Shown here: positions 16,361 to 26,200 of the stretch, in pieces | Numbering within the stretch: the stretch's first letter is position 1 | Layout of the letters: the number at the start of each line of letters is the position of its first letter | Assembly (NCBI GenBank): GCA_035389045.1 | Contig: DAOORA010000002.1 | Coordinates: forward strand, 14,957 to 78,956 | Direction: 5' to 3' | Source: Bacteroidales bacterium | GTDB taxonomy: Bacteria > Bacteroidota > Bacteroidia > Bacteroidales > CAIWKO01 | Length of the DNA stretch: 64,000 nt | Made by a program: the position numbers and the translations under genes | The notes under the pieces: generated by a model | Seen by the model: only the letters and a program-made list of their open reading frames with translations | Databases searched by the model: none | Told to the model about the DNA's origin: nothing

Positions 16361-19300
16361 TCAGTTTTGAGTATCAAACAACCCCCCATACCCACCTTCC
16401 GGCTCCTTGGCCTGTTGGCCTGGGGACTTTTTATTTTTATATTCCTTATTTTTCTTCTTCTCCCACAGCCCCGCGGCTACTTCCTCCTCATGTATCTTGT
16501 GGTTCAATTCCAGCAGGCGTTTCAGTATTTCTTTGCGGGCTTCGGGGTGGATGGTGTAGCGGATTCTGTCGTTTTCGGGAAGGTAGTCTACTTCGTAGAA
16601 ATCGTGGCGCAAATCAATTCCGGCTCTGCCTTCGACGGGGCTCTGGCTGACGCCGGAATTGGCCCAGCCGTATGCTTCCAGCACTGCATTATCCATTTCC
16701 ACATGCAGCTCGCGCAGCTTTACTATGCCGGCTATGGCTTCTTCTATGGTGCACACGGCGGGCGTTTTTTGCAGGTGGTTCCATAAGTTCCAGACCTCTT
16801 TGCCGTACTGCTTTTCTATGGCTTGCTTGTTTAAGCCCTGCAAAGCAGCGCTCGTTATGCCGGGCTGTATTTCTTTAGCATGAAAAGCATTGTAGGTTTT
16901 GGTTAAACCAAGCTGCATGGAAAGCATTAATTGGCGGCGGTGTTCGTGGTAGGTTTCGCCAATACTATCTATTTTATTTTGTAATTCAATTGGAAGATTT
17001 TCTAATATTGGGAATGTATCAATACAATCTCTATTTGTATAACGAATATCAAATTTCATTGTAGATCCATATTTCCAAGCCCAGAGGTTATGCAATGTGG
17101 ATTGTAAAAAAGCATATTCCCAATATTCACTTCTTATCACAACAGAAGTTGCCACGTCAAAAATTGCCCCAACCTTTACGAACGACTGATTTACATATTT
17201 AGAAACACGACAAGAAACTAAAACACGATTAAGATGCTTGGTAGCATTATAAAGGGCCGGTCTTTTTTCACAATGTTGCCACCATTTAACTGGAAGAGGA
17301 TGCCTTAAAGCATATTCTCCAATTATTGGGTTTCCATCTTTATCCTCTTTCCACCGTGTACGCTCTGGTTTTACTTTTTCTTCCACAAGCTTATAGACTT
17401 CTTTATATTCTGATGCCTTTTCTATTGACCAATCAAAGAAATTAATCACATAACGACTTGGGTTCTGACTGGGGTTGCTATTTAAATCATCACCATTCAG
17501 GTATGGTTGGATCACTTCAGAGTTTTTAGGTTCAACCGAAATTAATTTCTCTGCTTCATTTTGTTTAAGCACAAAACCAAGCCCAAGGATGATACTGCCT
17601 TGATAACTTTTGCCATCATTGTTAAATAAAGGGAATGGGGTTCCTGTATTATCTGCCTCATCTAAAAAGGGTGAGATTTGATTAGTTTCTTTTCCATTCA
17701 AATAAAACTTCCCTTTCCAACCACCCTTGAAAATAGTTATTAATGAAACTTCAACGGCCGCCAATCCGGGCCATTTCATACTTTTAACAGCATGATTTAA
17801 ATTTGAACCATTTGCAATAATTTTTTCTAATCCAAATTCCCTTGCTTTACCTTGTGCTAAGGTGTTTGTAGAAATTAATGACTGATAACCTTTTTCTTTC
17901 AGAATTGAATTAATCCTAAGCAAGAAATAGACAACAAGGTCAACAGTTGCACCTTCAGTAAAGTAAAAACGAATCCATTCAAGGAAATTTTCGCCTAAAG
18001 CTTCTTTCAGGCGTCTATCTCCAAGAAATGGAGGATTTCCCAAAATACAATCAAATCCGCCATCTTGAAAAACCTCAGGAAATTCAATAAACCAATGGAA
18101 AAATTTCTTTTCCTGCGCCACTGCCACTGCCTTGGCGGTCTTCATGTTTTGCCATCCGGCATAGCCACTCAAAATGGTGCGAAACTCGGCATCGGTCATC
18201 AGCCGGCCCTGGTTTTCTTCGGTTTTGGGTATAAAAAACTGCGCCACCTGTGTGTCGGCCATCGCCTTAAGCCAGGTATAGCCTTTGCCACCAACAAACT
18301 TTTTATAGGCCTTTTGCTTTATGGCAATTTCTTCCGGAGTTTTTTCAGGCAGGTTGTTAAAGTTACGGTAATCTGCCATGGCTTCATTTACCGAGTTGCC
18401 GGTTGTGGCTTCAAAATCGGTTTTTAATTGTACCACATTTACTTCTCTGCTAACGCGCTCCATGCGGTTTTGTTTGGCAAGGTAAGCTGCATAAGTTACA
18501 TCAACCGTTTTTTCGTTGCGTGCCGTAACCAGAAAACTTTTCTCTTCGGGTGTGAGTGCCTTAAATGCTTCATCCGGTATTCCCTTATCAAGCTCTTCAC
18601 GGTGCACCAGCCCCACTATGCTGTCGCCGCATTTAATATGATGATCAAGAAAATTCAGGGGCTCGCCCGGGTTGTGGCTTTCGAGCCAGAGCGCCACTTT
18701 GCAAAGTTCCACTGCCAGCGGGTTTTTATCCACGCCGTAAATGCAGTGACGTATCACCAGCTTGATTGCAGCACGCGTAGCGGTAGGCGTGGGCTGGTCG
18801 CTTTCTTCCACCAGGGCGGCATAGCGGTCGGCAATGCGGCGGGCCGCACTCAACAAAATATGCCCGCTGCCACAGGCCACATCCGCCACTTTCAACGAAA
18901 GCAGATGCTGTGCAACAATTTTTTCACGGGCTTCGGTCTGGCTTTCGCCCCGCAGTTTTTTTTGTTCAATGTCTTTTTTAATCAGTTTCTCCCGGTCTTC
19001 GAGCAAATAATCCAGCGAGTGTTTTATCAACGGCTGCACCAGTTCTTCGGGCGTGTAGTGTGCTCCTTCCCTGCTGCGCTTTGTACCCGCAACAAAATCA
19101 AAGGTGTAATGGCTGCCAATTAATTTTATATCGGGATCGTATTCCAGCAAGCCCTCATACACCGAACCAAATTCCTCCACATTTAAAAGTTTATAATTGA
19201 TGGGTTGTGTGGTGCCGTTGGCAGCCGTAAACCACGACAGATTTTGGAGGGCATTGAGAAATGTTTTATTGTCAAGTCCGCAATTACCAATTATTCCCAG

Positions 19301-20431
19301 CGCATCATCGCCAAACAAATCGCCGTTCAGCGGTTGAATTTTTAATGCATCGCCGTATTTTTTATTTTCAAAAAACAGAAAGGTGTTTTGCAGGCTCAGC
19401 CATAAGTCGCTGTAGCGGCTGTCTTTGGAATAGTTGTTCCGGGTAAGGTTGCGCAAGCGCCCGAGGCCGTAGTATTTATAATAGATATCCCGTAACCGCC
19501 TTATCTCTTTGAGGTTTGTATTCGGGTACACGAGGTTTCTTTCCTCAATCACCATCAGGAACAGCAGGCGGTATATCAACCGCAGCAGGTATCTGTAATA
19601 TTCGTGTGCATTCAGGTTTCCGAGCTTTATCGCCTGTCGGAGTTCTTCGTTCCCGCTGAAATTTAAAAATCCGGTACCAAAAATTCTGATCGCGTTTTCG
19701 ACGGCTTCACTAAGTTTTTCACGAATGCGGGTGCCGCTTTCCAGTGCGTCGAGATGATAGGTTTCCATCAGACATTCCGGCCCGGCATGTTGCTTTTGCG
19801 GCATGCGGCTGGCGTGTAACAAGCGGAACAGCACAGCAAAGTCGGCGTACAACCCTTCGTCGAACATTCTTTCGAGGTCAACTTCCAGGTACGAAAGGCG
19901 GATGATGCGCCCGGAATCCCTGAGCAGGCGGATGACTTTTCCGTTGGTAACCAGCCCATACAAAAAGGGTTCGTTGTTATTGAGATACTCCTGAAGCAAT
20001 GCGTGCGGCGACATGCGCAGGCCATAAGGCTTTTTGTCAAGGTCTTGTTCCGAACCCACGATGATCACAGGAAAATTATCCATGTTTTCAGCAGGGTCGG
20101 TGATGTGGTAGGTTTTGCCCAGCACTGTCTGTGCCGATTTCTCGTAGCGGATATTGTACCCCATAAGGCTCAGCAGCGGCCCTATCCAGATGCTCCTGTT
20201 TTCCGATTCGCCGCTTTGTCCGTGACTGAGTTTTGAAAGTTTTAGTTTGTATCCTTTGTAGAAAGAAGTTGCCAGCGACCATGCCTGCGAAATTTCATCC
20301 CTTACCTTTACGGAGCTGTCGAGATTAAAATCCTTCGGTTTCTGCCCTGCAATATTATCATCCGAATCAAGCCGTGTCAGCAGGTCGGGTGAAATAATAT
20401 TCCCGAATATTTGTATGGATGGATAATTCAT
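16361..20431 (-). CDS. Large N6-adenine DNA methyltransferase (Eco57I/type IIG-like; DrmMI-like)
   Basis: 1356 aa. SAM-binding motif I is LKVADVACGSGHILLSAARRIA (nt ~18863-18895). Catalytic motif IV is CILGNPPFLGD (NPPF, nt ~18022-18036). There are a long N-terminal domain and a C-terminal putative target-recognition region. The start overlaps the SNF2 stop by 4 nt (ATGA). Confidence 0.85.
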   Translation of the reverse strand: MNYPSIQIFGNIISPDLLTRLDSDDNIAGQKPKDFNLDSSVKVRDEISQAWSLATSFYKGYKLKLSKLSHGQSGESENRSIWIGPLLSLMGYNIRYEKSAQTVLGKTYHITDPAENMDNFPVIIVGSEQDLDKKPYGLRMSPHALLQEYLNNNEPFLYGLVTNGKVIRLLRDSGRIIRLSYLEVDLERMFDEGLYADFAVLFRLLHASRMPQKQHAGPECLMETYHLDALESGTRIREKLSEAVENAIRIFGTGFLNFSGNEELRQAIKLGNLNAHEYYRYLLRLIYRLLFLMVIEERNLVYPNTNLKEIRRLRDIYYKYYGLGRLRNLTRNNYSKDSRYSDLWLSLQNTFLFFENKKYGDALKIQPLNGDLFGDDALGIIGNCGLDNKTFLNALQNLSWFTAANGTTQPINYKLLNVEEFGSVYEGLLEYDPDIKLIGSHYTFDFVAGTKRSREGAHYTPEELVQPLIKHSLDYLLEDREKLIKKDIEQKKLRGESQTEAREKIVAQHLLSLKVADVACGSGHILLSAARRIADRYAALVEESDQPTPTATRAAIKLVIRHCIYGVDKNPLAVELCKVALWLESHNPGEPLNFLDHHIKCGDSIVGLVHREELDKGIPDEAFKALTPEEKSFLVTARNEKTVDVTYAAYLAKQNRMERVSREVNVVQLKTDFEATTGNSVNEAMADYRNFNNLPEKTPEEIAIKQKAYKKFVGGKGYTWLKAMADTQVAQFFIPKTEENQGRLMTDAEFRTILSGYAGWQNMKTAKAVAVAQEKKFFHWFIEFPEVFQDGGFDCILGNPPFLGDRRLKEALGENFLEWIRFYFTEGATVDLVVYFLLRINSILKEKGYQSLISTNTLAQGKAREFGLEKIIANGSNLNHAVKSMKWPGLAAVEVSLITIFKGGWKGKFYLNGKETNQISPFLDEADNTGTPFPLFNNDGKSYQGSIILGLGFVLKQNEAEKLISVEPKNSEVIQPYLNGDDLNSNPSQNPSRYVINFFDWSIEKASEYKEVYKLVEEKVKPERTRWKEDKDGNPIIGEYALRHPLPVKWWQHCEKRPALYNATKHLNRVLVSCRVSKYVNQSFVKVGAIFDVATSVVIRSEYWEYAFLQSTLHNLWAWKYGSTMKFDIRYTNRDCIDTFPILENLPIELQNKIDSIGETYHEHRRQLMLSMQLGLTKTYNAFHAKEIQPGITSAALQGLNKQAIEKQYGKEVWNLWNHLQKTPAVCTIEEAIAGIVKLRELHVEMDNAVLEAYGWANSGVSQSPVEGRAGIDLRHDFYEVDYLPENDRIRYTIHPEARKEILKRLLELNHKIHEEEVAAGLWEKKKNKEYKNKKSPGQQAKEPEGGYGGLFDTQN

Positions 20432-23268
20432 GATTTTATTTCTATATCAGGTAATAAAATATAGATGCCCATCAGGTCCATCGGCAGCACGGCGCCCACT
20501 TCATATTCTTTTCCTTTCAGCGCCTTGCGGTATCTTTCATGTGCCTCTACCAGTTTTTCCGAACGTTCCCGGGCAATTTTATCCGCATCGGGTTGCCTGT
20601 TTTTTATGATTTCAACTTCCTTGTCAATAAAGCGGATTTGCTGCTCAGGGTCTATGTCTTTATTGACTCTTGCCGTCAGCAACAAGTCTTTTGCTTCATC
20701 GGGCCTGAAGGTTTTTCCGCTTGCGGGATTTCCTTCGTAACCCCACAACAGCATTTCTTCTGCAAGAAATTCGTGCGTTCCTTTGATTTGCTTGATAAGG
20801 TTTCTTACTCTGTATAAAACAATAATGGTTTTTTGTTTTACCGATGACGAAACAAATACGGCAGCCCTTGCCACTTTTTTTCGTTCGGCAGGGATAAATG
20901 CCAATCCGAGCAAATAATGACAGAGTTGTTCCACAAAAGGGTGATTCCTGCCCACATAGTAATATCCATCGGCAACAGGTGAAAAGAAGGTTATGCGGAG
21001 ATTTTTTTCGTTGGGAAGGTACGACTGAAGCTGTTCCGGCAACTGGGAAGGATAAATACGCCATCCTTTTTTTGCAGTTTCCATTTGTGCGCCTAAGAAC
21101 AGGAAGGCGTCCTGCACAAATTTCTCAACAGTTTTCGGCTCTCCAAGGGCTTCATCGGTTTCCTTCAGGTCTTCATCAATATTCAATTCTTTGACGATAG
21201 GATTTTGAGCAAACAGGTTTCTGATTTTAATTTCATCATTGATGGCCTTGTCGTATGCCCTGGTAACTTTCAGTTCCGATTCTTTCACTACCGGGTCCAC
21301 GCCCAGGTCGAGCGTGAGTTGCTGTGAATCTGTTATGGCATTTGGATTTAATATAACGGCATTAATAATCGCTTCCATGATGGATTGATTATTTTCCGGA
21401 AAAGGAACCGTGATGCCGTTGGCTTTTCTTATCTGGCGGGCTTTTTCGAGTAATACCCGCATAACAACGCCATCCATGGGATTGTCTTTTCCAAACAAGA
21501 GCGTGGTAACCACCTTTTCTGCAGGTTGTCCGTAGCGGTCAATACGGCCTTCGCGTTGTTCGAGCCGGTTGGGGTTCCAGGGAAGGTCGTAATGCAATAC
21601 CGCTGTAAAATAATCCTGCAGGTTAATACCTTCACTTAAACAGTCGGTGGCAAATATCAATCGTTTGGATGATTTTCCGATTTGTGCGATTCGTTCTTTG
21701 CGCAGATCATCGTTTAATTCGCTTGTGATCACTTCTACCTGAATATCAGGAAATTCTTTTTTGATAAGCGGTTGTAATAATTTGCCCAGATAATTCGCCG
21801 TTTGTATGAACCTGCAAAATACGATGGGCTGGTATCCTTCTTTGATCCACTTTATCAGCAAGGTTGCTGCGGTGGACGCTTTTCTGTCGTCTTTCAGGTT
21901 TCCCAGTTTCCCCAGTTCTTCCATCAGGAATTTCAGGGTTCTGTCTTCGGCAGAGGTAAATGTTGTTTTGGTAAACAGGTCGCCTGGTTCATTATCGCTT
22001 TCATTTCCGAAATCAGAATCAATTGCCGGGTTTATATCGTCATCAGCCATTTCAACCGTGCTGCCGGCTTCAGATGTTTTAAGCCAGCGGTTCCGGAGCA
22101 TTTCCACACCGGCATCGGGGCTTGACATCACACCCCGGATAAGGGAAAGGATGGTCCAATAGCGCATTTTTTGCTGGGGGCTTACCTTGCTGTTATCAAT
22201 GGTAACGCCTTTTGCGAATTTCCAGAGTTCATTATAAAAGCTTTTGTATGCCGGCGACAATTCATATTCTACTTCACCGGCTTCGCGTTGAGGGAAAGGT
22301 GTTTTTTCGTCCAGCCAGTCTTCAACATCTTTTCTTCTGCGCTGTATATAGTGAGCGGCAACTTTTCGTTTGCTGTCGTAATCATCGTTCAGAAGATCCA
22401 TTTCTTCAAATTCGGGTTTCAGCAAACCCAACAGCGATTGAAACTCATCCTGCTTTCCGCTATGCGGAGTGGCAGTGAGCAGTATCATGTGAAGGTCGTC
22501 TTTTTTTGAAAGTTGATGCAGCAGGTGATACCGTTGCTGCTGGCTTGCTGAAGCGCCCTGCGGCCGGGAACAGGTGTGTGCTTCATCCACAATAATAAGC
22601 TCAGGACATTCATTGATAAATCTGTTCTTGTATTTTTCCTGTTTGATAAAATCTATTGATAGAATCTGATACGGGAAATACTGAAACACGCTGAGGTCGC
22701 CGGGGACATCGCGTTCTAATTTTCCGATGGTTCCCGAACGTATTATCTCTGCATCAATACCGAACTTATCTCTTAACTCTTCCTTCCATTGCTCGCACAA
22801 ATGCGGCAGGCAGACAACGGCAAAACGCTTTATTTCTCCCCGGTCCAGCAATTCGCGAACCACCAGGAGGGCTTCCACCGTCTTCCCGATACCCACGTCA
22901 TCGGCAATCAAAAGTCTTTTTATGTCAAGTTTCAATGCCATGATCAGGGGAACAAGCTGATAGGTGCGCGGACGGACAGACAGCTTTCCAAACGACCGAA
23001 AAGGTCCTGCACCGGCACGGAAAGATAAACGGGACGCGTTATACAGCAAGCGGGCAGTTGCAAAATCACCCAGATCATTAGCGTCAGGCAACGGAAAATT
23101 ATCTAATTTGGGAACATCATCAGGGAAAGGAAGTTTTTTATAAATCCCGATGGATTCTTCCTCCGTACCGCCAAGAGGTTTCAACAATAGCAAATCCTCG
23201 TCCTGGGAAGGCAACACCACCCATTGGCGGTTACGCACTTTTACAATATTGCCGGTAGTATAATCCAT
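20428..23268 (-). CDS. SNF2-family helicase/translocase (DrmD-like)
   Basis: 946 aa with SNF2 motifs: LIADDVGIGKTVEAL (I), LIIVDEAHTCS (II, DEAH), ILLTATPHSG (III), SEGINLQ (V), NPNRLEQREGRIDRYGQ (VI). The start codon overlaps the stop of the upstream helicase gene by 1 nt. Confidence 0.85.
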   Translation of the reverse strand: MDYTTGNIVKVRNRQWVVLPSQDEDLLLLKPLGGTEEESIGIYKKLPFPDDVPKLDNFPLPDANDLGDFATARLLYNASRLSFRAGAGPFRSFGKLSVRPRTYQLVPLIMALKLDIKRLLIADDVGIGKTVEALLVVRELLDRGEIKRFAVVCLPHLCEQWKEELRDKFGIDAEIIRSGTIGKLERDVPGDLSVFQYFPYQILSIDFIKQEKYKNRFINECPELIIVDEAHTCSRPQGASASQQQRYHLLHQLSKKDDLHMILLTATPHSGKQDEFQSLLGLLKPEFEEMDLLNDDYDSKRKVAAHYIQRRRKDVEDWLDEKTPFPQREAGEVEYELSPAYKSFYNELWKFAKGVTIDNSKVSPQQKMRYWTILSLIRGVMSSPDAGVEMLRNRWLKTSEAGSTVEMADDDINPAIDSDFGNESDNEPGDLFTKTTFTSAEDRTLKFLMEELGKLGNLKDDRKASTAATLLIKWIKEGYQPIVFCRFIQTANYLGKLLQPLIKKEFPDIQVEVITSELNDDLRKERIAQIGKSSKRLIFATDCLSEGINLQDYFTAVLHYDLPWNPNRLEQREGRIDRYGQPAEKVVTTLLFGKDNPMDGVVMRVLLEKARQIRKANGITVPFPENNQSIMEAIINAVILNPNAITDSQQLTLDLGVDPVVKESELKVTRAYDKAINDEIKIRNLFAQNPIVKELNIDEDLKETDEALGEPKTVEKFVQDAFLFLGAQMETAKKGWRIYPSQLPEQLQSYLPNEKNLRITFFSPVADGYYYVGRNHPFVEQLCHYLLGLAFIPAERKKVARAAVFVSSSVKQKTIIVLYRVRNLIKQIKGTHEFLAEEMLLWGYEGNPASGKTFRPDEAKDLLLTARVNKDIDPEQQIRFIDKEVEIIKNRQPDADKIARERSEKLVEAHERYRKALKGKEYEVGAVLPMDLMGIYILLPDIEIKS

Positions 23269-26200
23269 TAATTTTTTACGGTTTTAAAAACATGAGGGTA
23301 TAATTTCACAAATTCGTCAAGTGGAGTCAGGTAATGCCATACTAATACTTCGTATCCCAGGTTCTCGAGACATTCTCGTTTTATGGCATCCGATTCCGCA
23401 ACTTTGGGAATGTCGTGCGGCGTTCCGTCGCAGAACACACAAACTTTTATTTCTTCGTTATATACAAAATCAGGAATGGTGTAGCAACCATATTTTGCCA
23501 TGTTCACCTGAGTGAGGTCGGGCAAACGCAGATGGTTCCTGTATAGATATTGCAGGAACTTTAATTCGGTGCTTGATTTTGGGTCAATGTTTTTTAATAA
23601 TTCCTGGTATTGATGTTCATAATCCTTGTAAAGCGAAGACCTTTTAATTTCGACATTGGCATTCATTAAGGTTTCAAGCGCATTTTTTATCAGATACCGG
23701 TCAATGATTTTATGATGCCTCTGGTTAAAAAAACTCAGGAGGTCTGTATAGGATGCGGCCCCGAATTGCTGCTGTTCTTCTTCAGATTTATTAAAATGAC
23801 AGATTTCCCATGCTGATTGAATCAGTTTTTTGAAATAGCTGACATCTTTTACCATTTGAGCAATCACGCCAAGACTGCCTTCGGCAGATTCGTATAAAAG
23901 CATATTGGGCTCTTCGGATGTCCCCATCAAAGAAACTCCGATTTCATTGCTTTCCACCTGAAACAGCGTTTCAAATCCACGCTTGATGGCATACATCAAC
24001 GTAGTAACACCGGCGTCAAAAGGATGTAAATTGAGATTCTTAGTAGGCTGAATGTATAAAGCATCGGCAGTATTCTCGGCATAAAGTTTAATTCTTTGAA
24101 CTTCTTCTGCATTTTGTGTCCGGTTTTCCAATTGAGCAGGCCTTTTCCAGAAACCGGTCTTCTTTCCCATCAAAAAGCCATCGCCTTCTTTCGAAACACG
24201 CCATTTGTTATTGATAAGAACAATTCTGGCAGCCGGCAGGTATTGCATCCGGAGAAAGATTTCGCCATCCACTTTTACAAGAATTTCTTCAATATTGTTT
24301 AACCCGCTCTGTAAGTAAAATGCGGTGGTGATATCGTATCCCAAAATCTGTCTTTCTTCTTCTTCGCAGGTTATGCGGTCATTCACATCGGCGCGAGATT
24401 CCCTGATCTCGATCATATCGCTGATCACTTTGCGGTTTGCGTTTTCTGTCAGATCGGCGCCTGTAACCGGACAAACATTTCGTTGCGTATCAGCGCCAAT
24501 CAATATATAACCCGATGCGGTTGAGATTTTAGCAGAAACCATAGGATTGTCCATTTCAGACCAAAGCATCTGATTTACCTTGTATTTTCCGCCACTGTGA
24601 TATATCGTATTATGCGGCCCAAATTCGCGCAGGGCTATAAATTTTGGCCTGGAGATATATTCTCCGCCATCTGAAGGGACAAACAGACGTACCGGCAGTT
24701 TGGTAAAACCATATCCCGGGAGAAAGCCCTCGGCAGCTAAATATCTGTATGGGTAAAACTCTGAAAGTTGATTGTTGCTTCCCGTTGTTTTGTTTCTCAA
24801 TAGCTCTATTTGCTTCTCTGCATAACGCCGGTCATTTTCCGCATTTCGTTTTCTTTCGTCGGTTCTCGGTATCCGGGGATCGCCAAGTATCTGGCTGGAG
24901 GCCTGCAACTGTTCAACGCATTTTTTGTAAATTTCCCTCCAGCGGTCAATGGCCCTGTCAAATGATTCGGGAGCTTGTGCCAGTTTTCTTTTTACCCAAT
25001 CTGATTTATACCATGTTGACGGAAGTTTTTCAAGGTTGGGAACTATATCTGCAATGGCCCTTGTGTAAATTCTTTCAAGATCTTCAATTACTTCTTTTTC
25101 GAGATGTATTGCATTTTTTGTTTCCTGTTTAAGCGACAGGCCAATGGGGTCGGCATCCATTTCGAGTATGTCTTCGATGGAATCATTCAATGCCCCTAAG
25201 TTTGTTCTGGATAAAAACAAGGCGTTTAAATGCGACCTTAGCAGTTCTTCCTGATTTAAATCCAGCTTGGGCGGACTTACGATTCCTGACACCATTTCTA
25301 TCCGGTTCTCAAAATAATGCCTGTCGTGCGGATTGGTATTTGAACAATAAGTTACGATTAAGGCCGCCTGCCCGCTTCTGCCGGCGCGTCCGCTTCTCTG
25401 CGCATAATTTGCAGGATTCGGAGGGACATTTCGCATCTGCACGATATTCAATTCCGAAATGTCAACACCCAGTTCCATGGTAGGCGAACAATACAATGCG
25501 CTTACATCACCTTTGATAAAATCTTCTTCAGCTTTTCTTCTTTTTTCATTTTTCACCTGCCCTGTATGTTCAGCACTTCTGATAGGTTTCATTTTTCCAA
25601 AATCCTGTTTGTAGAAATCCTGAAAAAATGTATTTACCGTGCGTTCACCTTGCTTTCTTGTGCGTATTCGCACCTGATCATACCAGGGTGTTTGTTCGTC
25701 ACCCTTTGCCCATAGCACATGATTGCCATTAAGTTGATATAAGTCCTGGTCTAATAAACCTTCCCGTTTTCTTAATATTCCGGAAGAACTGAGCAGGTTC
25801 AATAAAGTCGCAATCCAGTTATTTAATTCTTCACCCTTAATATCTTCACCAATGGATTTGAACTGTGCTTTTATAAATTTGCCATATGCACTCTGAGCGC
25901 TGATGCTTTGGGTATGTATGTTTTGTCTTTTGGAATACGGTTTATATACCCTGAGATAATTAGGAACCCGCAAATCATCCGTTTTATCAAGAGTCCAGGG
26001 TTCCTTTAAATTTTCAGAAATAACTTTTTTATTTACTTCATGATTATCATATAAATTGAAATGAAAGGCAAAGGATGTCCTGAAAAATTCAAGTGTTTGA
26101 AACAGTATGTATAATTGTTTTTCCTTACTGAATTTTTCGAAATTCGGTAAAGCGTTCCATTTATCTTTTTTTACATCTTCAGCCAATCCTTTGTAATCAA

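Noticed and set aside
18428-19123. 231-aa plus-strand ORF (with neighbours 18065..18427, 16367..16786 and 16339..16650) inside the methyltransferase gene
   Set aside because: It is antisense to a strongly supported 1356-aa CDS in a GC-rich stretch where long shadow ORFs are expected. The translations are low-complexity (R/F/C-rich) and carry no motifs.
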